Shown here in pieces: positions 1 through 10,959 of a DNA stretch of 64,000 bases (within the stretch, counting starts at the first letter, position 1; each line of letters begins with the position of its first letter). This DNA comes from Halarcobacter sp. (GTDB taxonomy: Bacteria > Campylobacterota > Campylobacteria > Campylobacterales > Arcobacteraceae). The notes under the pieces were generated by a model. It ran no database searches and was not told the origin of the DNA. It worked only from the letters and a program-made list of their open reading frames with translations. A program made the translations under genes and the position numbers. The stretch covers positions 864,001-928,000 of the forward strand of contig OY781089.1 of the NCBI GenBank assembly GCA_963676565.1. Reading direction: 5' to 3'.

Positions 1-2354
1 GTTGTAATGTTATTGCTTTTATAAGAATCTTTTACTAAAGATAAGCTGGCTTCTAAAGAATTTTTTAAATTGATATTTGTTTTATTTTTTGTATCTTTTG
101 CAAAAAAGTTCCTAAAGTCATCAATAGTACTTGAAAGATATTGTGCTTGATTGTTTATTGAATCCATTGTTTTATCAAAATCTTCATCATTAAAGACATT
201 TAGTTCTTTTTTAAGTTTTGCTCCTGTTGCTAAAGTAGAGATTGCAGATAAAGGTTGTCTCCATTGGTGAGATATGTTCCCAAGCATCTCTCCCATTGAG
301 GCTATCTTTGACTGTTGGTACATTATTTCTTGATTTCTAATTTGATTTGTAATATCTGTTAAGTAACCAATAAAATTAATGATTTCACCATCTGCATTTT
401 TTTTAGTAACAGTATAATTTAAAACCCATTTTATTTCATTATTTCTTGTAATTATTCTATATGGTTCGAGTCTGAAATAATCTAAGTTTTTCTTAATTGC
501 ATTATCAATCTCTTTTGAAACTCTTTTTTTATCATTTTCATAGATGCAATCTATATAGTTTATATCCTTTGAGATGAAGTTCTTAACCGAATATGATAAA
601 AGTTTTTCTACACTTTTTGAAACATAATCAACACTCCATAATGAATCATTTCTCCAGTTAAATAGTACAGAATCTCCTTTATCGAATAAAGATAATAAAG
701 TTTTTTGATTCGAACTTAAATCTTGTGCTAAAGTATTTAATTTTTTTAGCTCTTCCTCTCTTTTTTTTCTTTGCGTAATGTCAAAACCTATTCCTAAAAT
801 CCCTATGATATTACCATCTTGATCTTTTATTGCTTGTTTTGATGTTTCAAGAAGATGTTTTTCTTTTGTTTCTTTATATTCAAGAAGTTCTTCATTTATA
901 CTTATTTTTGAAGAAGACATAGCCTTCATATCATTTTCTCTAAAAAAATCTGCTAACTTTTTATCAACAAAATCATAATCTGTTTTGCCTATAATTTCTT
1001 CCTTTTTTGCACCAAAGAGTTTTTCAAACTCTTTATTACATGTTATATAAACTCCATTTTTATCCTTTAACCAGATTAATTGGGGAATGGCACTAATTAT
1101 ATTTTTATTTAGAATCTCACTATTTTTTAACTTAATTTCATATTGTTTTCTTAGTGATATATCTTTTATAGACCAGAGGATACCTTTATCTAAATCAGGA
1201 GGTGTATTATTATCAAGAGCTTTGCAACTAAGTTCGCACCATATATGTAAACCATCAATTTTTTTTAGTGGATAATCGCAAGTGAAAGTTTTTCCTTGTT
1301 CAATTATATTTAAATATTTTTCTCCAAATTCATGATAATGTTTTTCTGATATGTGTAGTTTTTTTGCTTTTAAACCTACCATTTCTTCTTGAGTCTGAAA
1401 GCCAAATATTTTTGCAGAAGTTCGATTAGATCTTATAAAAACTCGATCTTTTGACATATATGATAAAGCGACAGAAGAGTTTTCAAATATATTTTCTAGT
1501 TCTTCTTTTGATTCTTTCAATTCATTTATATTTTGATGTTTTTCAATTGCTATTGAAGTAATGTTTGCATATGAATTAATTAATTGAATTTCAAATTTAT
1601 TTGGAGTTTTTGGGACATTGTTATAGATAGCAAAAGTTCCTAGAACCTTTTTATTAGACGAAAATATAGGTTCAGACCAACATGATGCAAGGGTAGCCTT
1701 TTTTGCAAGTTCTTTATATGCAGCCCAATTTTCGTGTACACTTATATCTTCAACTATTACCCTTTTTCTATTAAAAGCAGCACTACCACAAGAGCCAATT
1801 TTATCACCAATCTTTACACCATGAATAGCCTCATTGTAAAATTTTGGTAAAGAGGGAGCCGCACCATTTAAAAGATGCTTTCCTTCTTTATCTAGTATTA
1901 AAATAGAACACTTTACATTTTCCATTCGGTTTTGTGCAAAGCTTACAATTTTATTTAGGGTTTTATCCAAAGATTTCTCAATTGCAATATATTCTAAAAG
2001 TTTTTCATTGTCTTCATAAAGTATATTCTTTTCTTGTTCTATTGTATTATCATCAATATAAACAAGAATTTCATCTTCATTAAAAAAAGTAAAAATTATC
2101 TTGTAATATTTAATACTTTTATTCGTTTGTATTTTTGATATTATCTTTTTATTTTCTTTTATTTGTTTTTTCTCAATTGAAAAAAAATCAAAAAAATTTA
2201 TATTTTTTGATATAAATTCTTTACTGAAATCTAAGCTTTTAAAAGAGGTGTTGTATTTTTTTATTTTTCCACTTTTAAAATCAATTAAAGCAATAGAATA
2301 GGGCATTAAATCAAATGCTGTAAAGTTATTTTTTTCTGTGATATTTTCAATCAT
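1..2354 (-). CDS. Cytoplasmic multi-sensor histidine kinase (GAF + several PAS/PAC + HisKA), 3'-truncated by the window edge
   Basis: Absent from the ORF track (no stop in window). ATG at 2354 (MIENITEKNNF...) is in frame with the H-box SMGEMLGNISHQWRQPLS near 250-300. GAF-like GSCGSAAF and SCWSEPI segments lie at ~1660-1800; PAS/PAC-like segments ending in DIT/DIS occur downstream. Confidence 0.85.
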   Translation of the reverse strand, partial: MIENITEKNNFTAFDLMPYSIALIDFKSGKIKKYNTSFKSLDFSKEFISKNINFFDFFSIEKKQIKENKKIISKIQTNKSIKYYKIIFTFFNEDEILVYIDDNTIEQEKNILYEDNEKLLEYIAIEKSLDKTLNKIVSFAQNRMENVKCSILILDKEGKHLLNGAAPSLPKFYNEAIHGVKIGDKIGSCGSAAFNRKRVIVEDISVHENWAAYKELAKKATLASCWSEPIFSSNKKVLGTFAIYNNVPKTPNKFEIQLINSYANITSIAIEKHQNINELKESKEELENIFENSSVALSYMSKDRVFIRSNRTSAKIFGFQTQEEMVGLKAKKLHISEKHYHEFGEKYLNIIEQGKTFTCDYPLKKIDGLHIWCELSCKALDNNTPPDLDKGILWSIKDISLRKQYEIKLKNSEILNKNIISAIPQLIWLKDKNGVYITCNKEFEKLFGAKKEEIIGKTDYDFVDKKLADFFRENDMKAMSSSKISINEELLEYKETKEKHLLETSKQAIKDQDGNIIGILGIGFDITQRKKREEELKKLNTLAQDLSSNQKTLLSLFDKGDSVLFNWRNDSLWSVDYVSKSVEKLLSYSVKNFISKDINYIDCIYENDKKRVSKEIDNAIKKNLDYFRLEPYRIITRNNEIKWVLNYTVTKKNADGEIINFIGYLTDITNQIRNQEIMYQQSKIASMGEMLGNISHQWRQPLSAISTLATGAKLKKELNVFNDEDFDKTMDSINNQAQYLSSTIDDFRNFFAKDTKNKTNINLKNSLEASLSLVKDSYKSNNIT

Positions 2355-2463
2355 ATTGTAATTATACAAGAAAAAGTTGAATAAATAAATGGCATATATT
2401 GAATGTTATATATTTAAGTTAAAAATAAGAATAGTCTAGTGTGTACTAGATTTTTTAAGAAAT

Positions 2464-2493
2464 AAAAAAAGGAGCAACAATTGTTGCTCCTTT
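2464..2493 (-). terminator. Intrinsic terminator after rpsI
   Basis: Perfect hairpin GGAGCAAC-AATT-GTTGCTCC followed by a T7 run on the minus strand. Confidence 0.85.
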
Positions 2494-2535
2494 GATAATC
2501 GTATATATTTGTATATAAAATTTTGAATTTGCAGA

Positions 2536-2925
2536 TTATCTTTTTGAGAACTGAGTTGATTTTCTCGCTTTTTTCTTTCCGTATTTTTTTCTTTCAACAG
2601 ATCTAGCATCTCTTGTTAGTAAACCATAAGGTTTTAATACAGCTCTAAATTGCTCATCATAAGCAACTAATGCTCTAGAAATACCATGTCTAACAGCGTC
2701 AGCTTGTGCAGAATATCCTCCACCTAAAGTTTGAACAACTACATTTACTGAAGTTTCTTGTTTAGCAACTTCAAGTGGCTGAGTAACTCTTTTTTTAACT
2801 GCTTCATGTCCACCTAACCATGCGTCTAAAGATAGACCATTGATTGTAAGTTGACCATTTCCATTTTCTAACCATACTTTAGCGATGGCAGATTTTCTTC
2901 TTCCTGTTGCATATACTTTTGCCAT
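2536..2925 (-). CDS. rpsI: 30S ribosomal protein S9
   Basis: YATGRRK N-terminus, GGG loop, C-terminal QFSKR. Confidence 0.99.
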   Translation of the reverse strand: MAKVYATGRRKSAIAKVWLENGNGQLTINGLSLDAWLGGHEAVKKRVTQPLEVAKQETSVNVVVQTLGGGYSAQADAVRHGISRALVAYDEQFRAVLKPYGLLTRDARSVERKKYGKKKARKSTQFSKR

Positions 2926-2930
2926 TAGTC

Positions 2931-3350
2931 TTATCCTTTAATTTGCGCAGAGTGTGGGTGTTCTGAACCTGCGTATACTTTTAATTTTTTTAACATCTCT
3001 TTACCAAGTTTTGTTTTTGGTAACATTCCTCTAGTTGCTAATTTGAATAGTTTTTCAGGATTGTTTACTAGCATGTCAGACATTTTGTGTGTTTTAGTAC
3101 TTCCAAAGTATCCTGAGTGCGTAAAGTAATTTTTGTCTTCTAATTTAGCACCAGTAAATTTAGCTTTTGATGCATTGATAATTACTACAAAGTCTCCACA
3201 ATCTACGTGAGGAGTGAATGTAGGTTTGTGTTTACCTCTTAGAAGTGTAGCAACTTCAGTAATAATTCTACCAAATACTTTATCTGTTGCGTCAATTACT
3301 ACCCAATCTCTTTCGATTTCGTTGGCTTTAGCCATTTTAGTAAATTTCAT
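2931..3350 (-). CDS. rplM: 50S ribosomal protein L13
   Basis: [17 protein letters not shown] motif; adjacent to rpsI. Confidence 0.99.
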   Translation of the reverse strand: MKFTKMAKANEIERDWVVIDATDKVFGRIITEVATLLRGKHKPTFTPHVDCGDFVVIINASKAKFTGAKLEDKNYFTHSGYFGSTKTHKMSDMLVNNPEKLFKLATRGMLPKTKLGKEMLKKLKVYAGSEHPHSAQIKG

Positions 3351-3426
3351 CTATTTTCTCCGATTTTGTTAATGAGGTGGAATAATAGTGTAGTGATGCT
3401 TAATATTTACTTAAATTAAGTGTAAT

Positions 3427-4803
3427 TTAATATTTTATTATGAATTCTGAACCTTCAAGAGGTTTACTTTTAATTTCTAAGTCAAATTGGTGTAGTTTTA
3501 GTATAGATGTAACAATAAAAAGTCCTAATCCTAAAGAGTTGTTCCAACCATTTTCAGAGACTCTATAAAACTTTTGATTAATTTTATTTAAATCAGTTTC
3601 ATTGATACCAATACCTCTATCAATAACACTTATAGTAGAGTTTTCAATTTTGATTACCACTTCATCCTCTGAATATTTTAAAGCATTTTCAACAAGGTTA
3701 CTTAAAGCTAATGTGAAAAGGGTTTCATCTACATGAAGTTTTTTATCTTCTCCAATTATTGATATCTCTCTATCTTTATATTTTTCATTTAAATCAGAAA
3801 TAATCTCTTTAGCAATCTCTTTAATAGAACATTCAGTTGTTATAACTTGTTGTTTGCCTTCCTCAAGTTTTAGTGTTAGTCGCAATTTATCAATAATTTT
3901 TGACATTTTTACACCATTGTTTTGAATCTTTCTAAGAAATTTTTCTTTCATTGCTTTAGGTAATTCATCATCATTTAAAATAGTTTCAGTGTATCCTGAA
4001 ATAATTGCAATAGGGTTTTTAAATTCATGGGATAAAGCAGAGATAATCTCATCTTTTTGCCTATTGGCAATTTTTAGTTTTGCAGTTTGTTTAGCCTTTT
4101 GTTTCTCTCTTTTAGATAGTTTGCTAGCAACTTTATTTAAAAGTCTTGTTATTTTGTTAAATTCTTCAGAAAATTCAGATTGTATCTCTTTTGTTGGTTT
4201 TTTATTACTCATGTCAATTAAAAATTGTAAAATTGAATTTGTTTCATCTTTAATTTTAATACTTACAAAATAGGTGAAAATCAAAGCAACAATTATAAAA
4301 GCAGTAATAAAAGCAATAATTTGATAACTCAAAGAAGCAAAGTTTTCTTGTATCTTTTTTGTGTAATCTGCAAGTCTTATATAATATATATTATCATCAA
4401 TTGCAATCTTTTTTGCTACATATAAAAGTTCTTCATTTACTGTTGTAGAAAACCTAATGATTTTCCCATAACCATCATATTTTGCATGAATTATCTCAAA
4501 TCTTTTAGAGTGGTTTTCCATTATGCTTTTATCTTTATCGCTATCTGCAATAACAGTTCCATTTTCGTCAATAATTGTAATCCTGAGACCTGTTTTTGCT
4601 TTAAATGTTTTAACTATATAGTTTATATTATCTAAGGAGTGAATTGCAAATGAGATTGAATCTATATTTTGTGAAAGGTTCTTTTCAATTTGATCTAGAT
4701 AGATATTCTTTGACCAATAATAAGTGGTGGTACTTAAAATAAGAAGTAAAAAAATAAATATTATAAGGAAAGTTCTAAAAAAAAGTTGATGAAGTTTTAA
4801 CAA
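3427..4803 (-). CDS. phoR: PhoR-like membrane sensor histidine kinase
   Basis: Two TM segments, H-box SHEFKNPI, N-box NLVENALKYS, G-boxes DRGIGI and GLGL; last gene of the pst-phoU-response regulator run. Confidence 0.8.
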   Translation of the reverse strand: MLKLHQLFFRTFLIIFIFLLLILSTTTYYWSKNIYLDQIEKNLSQNIDSISFAIHSLDNINYIVKTFKAKTGLRITIIDENGTVIADSDKDKSIMENHSKRFEIIHAKYDGYGKIIRFSTTVNEELLYVAKKIAIDDNIYYIRLADYTKKIQENFASLSYQIIAFITAFIIVALIFTYFVSIKIKDETNSILQFLIDMSNKKPTKEIQSEFSEEFNKITRLLNKVASKLSKREKQKAKQTAKLKIANRQKDEIISALSHEFKNPIAIISGYTETILNDDELPKAMKEKFLRKIQNNGVKMSKIIDKLRLTLKLEEGKQQVITTECSIKEIAKEIISDLNEKYKDREISIIGEDKKLHVDETLFTLALSNLVENALKYSEDEVVIKIENSTISVIDRGIGINETDLNKINQKFYRVSENGWNNSLGLGLFIVTSILKLHQFDLEIKSKPLEGSEFIIKY

Positions 4804-5471
4804 AATAGGTAACCTTCTCCTCTAACTGATTTAATATATTCTTTTTTATTTTCTGGGTCTATTTTAGCTTTTAATCTCTTAATTGCAACATTAACAGTTT
4901 TTAATTTCTTATCATATGAGTCTTCCCATACAGCTTCAAGTAGATGTTCTCTACTCATTAGAATATCTCTATTTTTTATAAATTCTAAAAGTAAATCGTG
5001 TTCAAGATGAGTTAGATCTACTTCATCTTGATCTATATAAAATTTCTTTTTTGCTGCTTTATAAACTATATCACGAACTTTTATTACATCTAAATCTTTA
5101 GTAGTTCTTCTAATAACTGCTTTAATTCTTGCAACTATCTCTTTTACATTGAAAGGTTTTGTAATATAATCATCAGCAAAAGATTCAAAACCTTCTAGAA
5201 TATCTTCATCTTTATCTTTTGCTGTTAGATATATTACTGGGGTTGTATAACCTTTCTTTTTTATATCATTTATGAAACTAGTACCATCAATTCCTGGAAG
5301 ATTTCTATCCATGATGATTAAATCTATGGTTTCTTCATCTAATACTTTTTCAAGTTTTTCATTTACACTTAAAAAGCCAATAGTCTCAAAGCCCTCCTTT
5401 TGTAAACTATATTCAAGAAGTTCTAAAATATCCTCTTCATCTTCCACTATTAGTATTAGTTTGTCATTCAT
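4797..5471 (-). CDS. phoB: PhoB-like OmpR-family response regulator
   Basis: REC domain (VEDEED, MDRNLP, KPF) plus winged-helix end VRGEGY; follows phoU. Confidence 0.82.
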   Translation of the reverse strand: MNDKLILIVEDEEDILELLEYSLQKEGFETIGFLSVNEKLEKVLDEETIDLIIMDRNLPGIDGTSFINDIKKKGYTTPVIYLTAKDKDEDILEGFESFADDYITKPFNVKEIVARIKAVIRRTTKDLDVIKVRDIVYKAAKKKFYIDQDEVDLTHLEHDLLLEFIKNRDILMSREHLLEAVWEDSYDKKLKTVNVAIKRLKAKIDPENKKEYIKSVRGEGYLFC

Positions 5472-5530
5472 CTTTTCTCTTTGTAAGTTGATATAGTATT
5501 TTATTGCATAAAACTTAAAAAAGAAATTTT

Positions 5531-6199
5531 TTAAGCTTGTTCAATTATACCACCAACTTCCGCAAAAACTAATAGATTAGATATTGATGCTGCTCTATCT
5601 GCAACTTTTTCTAATCTTCTTAAACTACTTAATACTTCAAAATAATCTTTTGAAAGTTCAATATTTTCAGATGCAAGTTTAAAGATGTTTTTCTCAACCA
5701 TTGCATATAAATCATCAGTTTTACTCTCTTCTACAGTGACATTTTTGTATCCAAGTTCAACCTCTTTGTCATTTTCTTCTTTTACTAAATTTACTGCAGT
5801 CTCAAGTGCATTATTTGATGCTTTTAATAATGGGATTGCATATTCTAAAATTGTATGTTGGTCTAACTCTTCATTAAATGATTTTTTAAATGTTTTAACA
5901 AATGACTTAGAGTTTGTTCCTGCTCTTAAAAGTTCATTTGTAACTTTTAAAAATGAAACCATCTCCCTTAAATCTCTTGCTTCTGGTGAATATAAAGCTA
6001 AAGTTTTAACAATTAAGTTATCAATTTCATTTGCTTTTATTGATAAAGACTTAATCGAAAGACTTACATCTTTTAACATAGATAAATCGTTTTCTTTTAA
6101 TGCAGATAAAGAGATTTTATTTGCATGAACAATCTCTTCTCCCATTGAATAGATTTCATTTTTTATTGTTTCAATATTTTCTTTGTATGGTTTTAACAT
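5531..6199 (-). CDS. phoU: Phosphate transport regulator PhoU
   Basis: Two PhoU repeats (PEARDLR, LEKVADRA); directly after pstB. Confidence 0.9.
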   Translation of the reverse strand: MLKPYKENIETIKNEIYSMGEEIVHANKISLSALKENDLSMLKDVSLSIKSLSIKANEIDNLIVKTLALYSPEARDLREMVSFLKVTNELLRAGTNSKSFVKTFKKSFNEELDQHTILEYAIPLLKASNNALETAVNLVKEENDKEVELGYKNVTVEESKTDDLYAMVEKNIFKLASENIELSKDYFEVLSSLRRLEKVADRAASISNLLVFAEVGGIIEQA

Positions 6200-6969
6200 T
6201 ACCCAAACCTTCCTGTAATATAATCTTCTGTTTTCTTATTAGATGGATTAACAAAAATTGTTTCTGTCTCATCATATTCAATTAGTTTCCCAAGGTGGAA
6301 AAATGCTGTATAATCAGCAACTCTAGCTGCTTGTTGCATATTATGTGTAACTGTAATAATTGTATATTTCTTTTTAAGTTCTAACATCAATGCTTCAATC
6401 TTTTCAGTTGAAATTGGATCAAGTGCAGAAGTTGGTTCATCCATTAAGATAACTTCTGGTTTAACTGCAATTGTTCTTGCAATACATAATCTTTGTTGCT
6501 GACCACCTGAAAGTGAAGTTCCAGGATCAGTTAATTTATTTTTAACCTCTTCCCAAAGTCCAGCATCCCTTAGTGATTTTTCTACTAATTCATCACAAGC
6601 TTTTCCTTTTTTTACTAATCCATGTTTTAAAGGAGCATAAGCTACATTGTCATATATAGATTTAGGGAATGGATTTGGTTGTTGAAATACCATACCAATC
6701 CTTTTTCTTACTGAAACTTCATCAACATCTTTATCATAAACATTTTTCTCGTCAATTATAACAGAACCGTCAATTTTTACAATTGAGATTAAGTCATTCA
6801 TTCTATTTAGACATCTTAAAAATGTAGATTTACCACATCCAGATGGTCCAATCAATGCTGTGATTTTATTCTCATATAATGGTACACTAATTCCATGAAG
6901 TGCGTGGTTTTCTCCATACCAAAGATTTAAATCTTTTACGTCTACTTTTACGTTATTATCTTTTGCCAT
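6199..6969 (-). CDS. pstB: Phosphate ABC transporter ATPase
   Basis: [26 protein letters not shown]-terminal YITGRFG. Start moved to ATG 6969, which has an AAGGA RBS. Confidence 0.97.
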   Translation of the reverse strand: MAKDNNVKVDVKDLNLWYGENHALHGISVPLYENKITALIGPSGCGKSTFLRCLNRMNDLISIVKIDGSVIIDEKNVYDKDVDEVSVRKRIGMVFQQPNPFPKSIYDNVAYAPLKHGLVKKGKACDELVEKSLRDAGLWEEVKNKLTDPGTSLSGGQQQRLCIARTIAVKPEVILMDEPTSALDPISTEKIEALMLELKKKYTIITVTHNMQQAARVADYTAFFHLGKLIEYDETETIFVNPSNKKTEDYITGRFG

Positions 6970-6989
6970 TTTTATTTTTTCCTTAATTT

Positions 6990-8177
6990 TTACCATTTTA
7001 CTTCATATTTCTTTCTAAGATAAATTGCTAATGAATTTAGCGAAATTAAAATTGTTAACAACACCATAATACCTGCGGCTGTTTTTTCAATATACATTCT
7101 TTCAGGCATACCAGCCCATGTAAATAATTGTGCAGGCATAACTGTTGCAGCTTCAAAAATTGAACCTGGTGCATCAGGGATAAATGCAATCATACCAATA
7201 ATAATTAATGGTGCAGTTTCACCCATAGCTTGTGCTAAACCAATAATTGAACCTGTCAAAATTCCTGGGAAAGCTAAAGGTAATACATGGTCTCTTGTAA
7301 CTTCAATTTTTGTAAGTCCTAAACCATATCCTGCTTGTCTAATTGAATCAGGAACTGCTCTTAATGCTGCTCTTGAACTAACTATGATAATTGGTAAAGT
7401 CATAAGAGCTAATGTTAAACCACCAACTAAAGGTGAAGACCTTGGTAAACCAAATAGATTAATGAAAATAGCAAGACCAAGAAGACCAAATAGAATTGAT
7501 GGTATTGCTGCTAAGTTGTTAATGTTTACCTCAATAGTTTGGGTAAATTTATTGTCTTCTGCAAACTCTTCAAGATAAACTGCTGTCATAACTCCAATAG
7601 GAAAGGCAAATAACATTGTTATAATTAATGTTAGAATAGAACCAATAATCGCAGAGTTTAAACCAGCAAATTCAGGTGTTTTTGAATCTCCGTTTTTAAA
7701 GAAAATCTCATTAAATTTCAACTGGGCAGTTCCATCTTGTTTCATTTGGTCAATAAGTTTTTGATCTTTTGAATTAAGTTTATAGTAGTGACCTTTTAAA
7801 TATTGGTCAACATTATCATCCGCAATTACCCATGTTTTGATAGTTTTACCAATTAATTCAGGATTTTTTTCCATCTCCATTGGGATAGTTCTTAAAAATG
7901 ATCTTGAAACAACTCTTACATATTTTCTATCAACAGCTTTTCTATAATTTTTCTTTGTCACTTCTGAATAAGTTACATCAACTTGTAAATAAGCTTGTTG
8001 AAAAGCAGGAGAGCCTTTTGATATAATATCAAATAAAAAGAAAGCAAGAAATGCCATAGTAAAAACTAAAGAAGAGATAGTAAAAGTTTTGAATCTTTTT
8101 GAGCTTCTATGTCTTGCATTTAATGTAGGATCATAAAAAGGATTGTCTTTTTTATTTTTTTTATTTCTTTTAATCAT
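6990..8177 (-). CDS. pstA: Phosphate ABC transporter permease PstA
   Basis: [11 protein letters not shown] and GETAPL motifs. Confidence 0.95.
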   Translation of the reverse strand: MIKRNKKNKKDNPFYDPTLNARHRSSKRFKTFTISSLVFTMAFLAFFLFDIISKGSPAFQQAYLQVDVTYSEVTKKNYRKAVDRKYVRVVSRSFLRTIPMEMEKNPELIGKTIKTWVIADDNVDQYLKGHYYKLNSKDQKLIDQMKQDGTAQLKFNEIFFKNGDSKTPEFAGLNSAIIGSILTLIITMLFAFPIGVMTAVYLEEFAEDNKFTQTIEVNINNLAAIPSILFGLLGLAIFINLFGLPRSSPLVGGLTLALMTLPIIIVSSRAALRAVPDSIRQAGYGLGLTKIEVTRDHVLPLAFPGILTGSIIGLAQAMGETAPLIIIGMIAFIPDAPGSIFEAATVMPAQLFTWAGMPERMYIEKTAAGIMVLLTILISLNSLAIYLRKKYEVKW

Positions 8178-9103
8178 AATGTATTCACTTTATATTTTTC
8201 TTTAAATTTTCTAATCATCATTAATGAAACAATATTTAGAGCTAGCGTTACAATAAATAAAACTAGTCCTAGGGCAAATGCAACTAATGTTTCAGGTGAA
8301 TTGAACGCTTGGTCACCTACAAGTGCATCTACAATTCTAACTGTTACTGTTGTCATATCCTCAAGCGGATTAATTGATAGGTTTGGTCTTAACCCTGCTG
8401 CCATTACAACAATCATTGTTTCACCAATAGCTTTTGAAAAACCTAATAAACAAGCTGAAATAATTCCTGGTAATGCAGATGGTAAAACAATATCTTTGAT
8501 AGTTTCACCTTGTGTCATTCCAAGACCAAATGCAGCTTTTCTTTGAGAATCTGGAACTGCTCTAATAACATCATCAGATAATGATGAGATAACAGGAATA
8601 ATCATAATACCCATTACAACACCAGATGCTAATGCAGAGTTAAAAGTGGCTTCTAAACCAAATAATGCAGCAACTTTTACTACAAATGGAGCAACTGTAA
8701 TGGCTGCAAAGAAACCATATACAACTGTTGGAATACCAGCTAAAATCTCTAATATTGGTTTTAAATAGTCTCTTGTTTTATTTGATGCATACTCACTCAT
8801 AAAAACAGCAGAACCAAGACCAATTGGAATAGCAACTGTAAGTGCAATAATTGTAATCATCATTGTACCAGCAAAAATAGGTATTGCACCAAACTGACTT
8901 CCAACTTGTCCCGGAGACCAAACAGTCCCTGTTAGAAAGTACCAGAAGCTTCTAAGTTTAAAAAACTCAATTGCTTCAAAAAGAATTGAAAAAAGAATAC
9001 CAAAAGTAGTTAGAATAGAAATAGTTGATGCAACTATTAATGCTAACTTAATTATTTTCTCTTTCATTTCATTTGATTTATTTTTTGATTCAAAAGAATG
9101 CAA
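8174..9103 (-). CDS. pstC: Phosphate ABC transporter permease PstC
   Basis: LAGIPTVVYG and GETMIV motifs; TTG start with AAAGG RBS. Confidence 0.95.
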   Translation of the reverse strand: MHSFESKNKSNEMKEKIIKLALIVASTISILTTFGILFSILFEAIEFFKLRSFWYFLTGTVWSPGQVGSQFGAIPIFAGTMMITIIALTVAIPIGLGSAVFMSEYASNKTRDYLKPILEILAGIPTVVYGFFAAITVAPFVVKVAALFGLEATFNSALASGVVMGIMIIPVISSLSDDVIRAVPDSQRKAAFGLGMTQGETIKDIVLPSALPGIISACLLGFSKAIGETMIVVMAAGLRPNLSINPLEDMTTVTVRIVDALVGDQAFNSPETLVAFALGLVLFIVTLALNIVSLMMIRKFKEKYKVNTL

Positions 9104-9135
9104 GTCGTACCTTTATTTAATGAAATTTTGTACGA

Positions 9136-9168
9136 ATTTTATACAGTTTAGGTTACAGGTAAGTTACA
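9136..9168 (-). promoter_or_regulatory. Pho-box-like direct repeat plus -10 upstream of pstC
   Basis: Minus strand TGTAACT-N4-TGTAACC (11-bp period), 9 nt before TAAAAT; same geometry as the pstS site. Confidence 0.65.
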
Positions 9169-10885
9169 TCCTAATTGAAATACCATAAGGAACATTGCAA
9201 AGCTTAGATTGTTTTTTGATTTTTCCTAAATTTTCATTAAACGTTTCTTCCGATGATTTCTCACAAATTTCTATAATGGCTGCACTAATACCAAGTAGAT
9301 TAAAATTTCTTTCAACACCAAATCTATCTTTTGCAATAATATATTTTCTGTCTAAATCCTCTTTTGTATATAGACTTGAAACATTTACTTCAAAGCTTTC
9401 AGTGAGAAACTTTATGACTTCATATACTTCTTCATAAGTTTTATCAATAAAGCCTATAAAGAAATCATCACCACCTATATGTGCGACAAAGTCTTCATTT
9501 GAAATTGTTTTTTGAAGAAGCTCAGAAAAAATCAATATTGCTCTATCCCCTTGTCTAAATCCATATTTATCATTAAAGGGTTTAAAATCATTAAAATCAA
9601 AATAAACAATATGGGCATTAAGTTTTTCACTAAATATTGTATGCAGATAAATTTCAATCTGTTTATTCCCTGGTAGTTTTGTTAGTGGATTTTGGTTTTG
9701 TGCAATCTCCAAGTTTCTTTTATATGAAAGTGATAAAAGGTTATTAAGACTAATAAAACCAAAATATTTATTTTCTTTTGTAACAAAAATACCTTTTGCA
9801 TCATTCATCATATGAAATATTTCAAGTGCTTTATCAATTCCCCATTTTATATCAATTTGGGGAACAGGTTTTATAAAATGTTTTAACTTTGCTCTAAAGG
9901 CATCATTTTTAGCTAATGCTAATCCATACTGTGAGTAAGATATCCTTTTTATATCAACTTCATAGATAGCACCTAAAATATTTAAATTTTTATCAATTAT
10001 AGGAACAAAGGTATTTTGTGTATGCTCTTTGAAGTATATAAAAAGGTCATGTAAAGAGGAGTCATCTGTTATTGGTTCTATTTGTTCAATGTATGATTTA
10101 TCAATTTTATCATTATTGATTAGTCTTTTATCCTCTTTTATAAATTCAAGTTTTGAATAGCTCTTTTTTATTTCATTTATCTTCAGAGTTGGTTTTGCAA
10201 CAAGATACCCTTGAATAAAATCTATTTTTAGATCTTTACAAGTATAATATTCAGAAATATTTTCAACACCTTCTGCTATAACCTTTATTCCCATAATATG
10301 TGCCATATCTACTAAAGAAGCGCAAAAAAGTTTTTTCTTATGGTCTGAATTAATATTTTGTATAAAAAATTTATCAATTTTTATAAAGTTAGTGTCAGAG
10401 ATATAAAGTAAATGAAGGCCTGAAATACCAGTACCAAAATCATCAATTGCAATACTATAACCATATTCTTTATAGGTATTTATTATATCTATAAAAAGTT
10501 TTTGGTCATCAAATTTAAAGTGTTCTGTTAGTTCAAAACACATTTTGTCTGTATCTATATTAAGTTTTTTTAAAAGTTCTAATGTTGTTCCAATTTTAAA
10601 ATCTTTTACAGTAAAAAATCTATTGTCTACATTGTAAAATAGTTTTAAATCTTTAATTCCTATTGCTTTGTATTTTTTTAATGCTTTTTCTCTTAAGATA
10701 TTATCTATTTCAAATAACATATCTTTTTTATATATGTAATCAAAAAAATCTGAGATTTCATTAAATCCTAGTTGTTGTGTATTTCTAATAAGTGCCTCAA
10801 CCGCAAAAGTTTTTCCTGAGTATGTATTAATAATTGGTTGAAAAGCAAAATCTAGCTTATCAATTCTTGCTAGTATATTTTTCAT
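9164..10885 (-). CDS. EAL-(CBS-like)-GGDEF c-di-GMP phosphodiesterase/cyclase
   Basis: N-terminal EAL domain with EALIR, DDFGTG, KID, EGVE, QGY; central CBS-like pair; C-terminal GGDDF with DFNDFKPFNDKYG. Confidence 0.9.
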   Translation of the reverse strand: MKNILARIDKLDFAFQPIINTYSGKTFAVEALIRNTQQLGFNEISDFFDYIYKKDMLFEIDNILREKALKKYKAIGIKDLKLFYNVDNRFFTVKDFKIGTTLELLKKLNIDTDKMCFELTEHFKFDDQKLFIDIINTYKEYGYSIAIDDFGTGISGLHLLYISDTNFIKIDKFFIQNINSDHKKKLFCASLVDMAHIMGIKVIAEGVENISEYYTCKDLKIDFIQGYLVAKPTLKINEIKKSYSKLEFIKEDKRLINNDKIDKSYIEQIEPITDDSSLHDLFIYFKEHTQNTFVPIIDKNLNILGAIYEVDIKRISYSQYGLALAKNDAFRAKLKHFIKPVPQIDIKWGIDKALEIFHMMNDAKGIFVTKENKYFGFISLNNLLSLSYKRNLEIAQNQNPLTKLPGNKQIEIYLHTIFSEKLNAHIVYFDFNDFKPFNDKYGFRQGDRAILIFSELLQKTISNEDFVAHIGGDDFFIGFIDKTYEEVYEVIKFLTESFEVNVSSLYTKEDLDRKYIIAKDRFGVERNFNLLGISAAIIEICEKSSEETFNENLGKIKKQSKLCNVPYGISIRM

Positions 10886-10907
10886 AAAACATCCAAATTG
10901 AAGAGAT

Positions 10908-10937
10908 AAAAAAAGAGAAGGCCTTAACCTTCTCTTT
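10908..10937 (-). terminator. Terminator/stabilising hairpin after pstS
   Basis: AAAGAGAAGG...CCTTCTCTTT stem with a T run on the minus strand. Confidence 0.7.
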
Positions 10938-10959
10938 AAAAGTGAGAGTTATTATTTAA

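Noticed and set aside
1087..1275. 62-aa plus-strand ORF
   Set aside because: Antisense shadow of the long sensor kinase gene.
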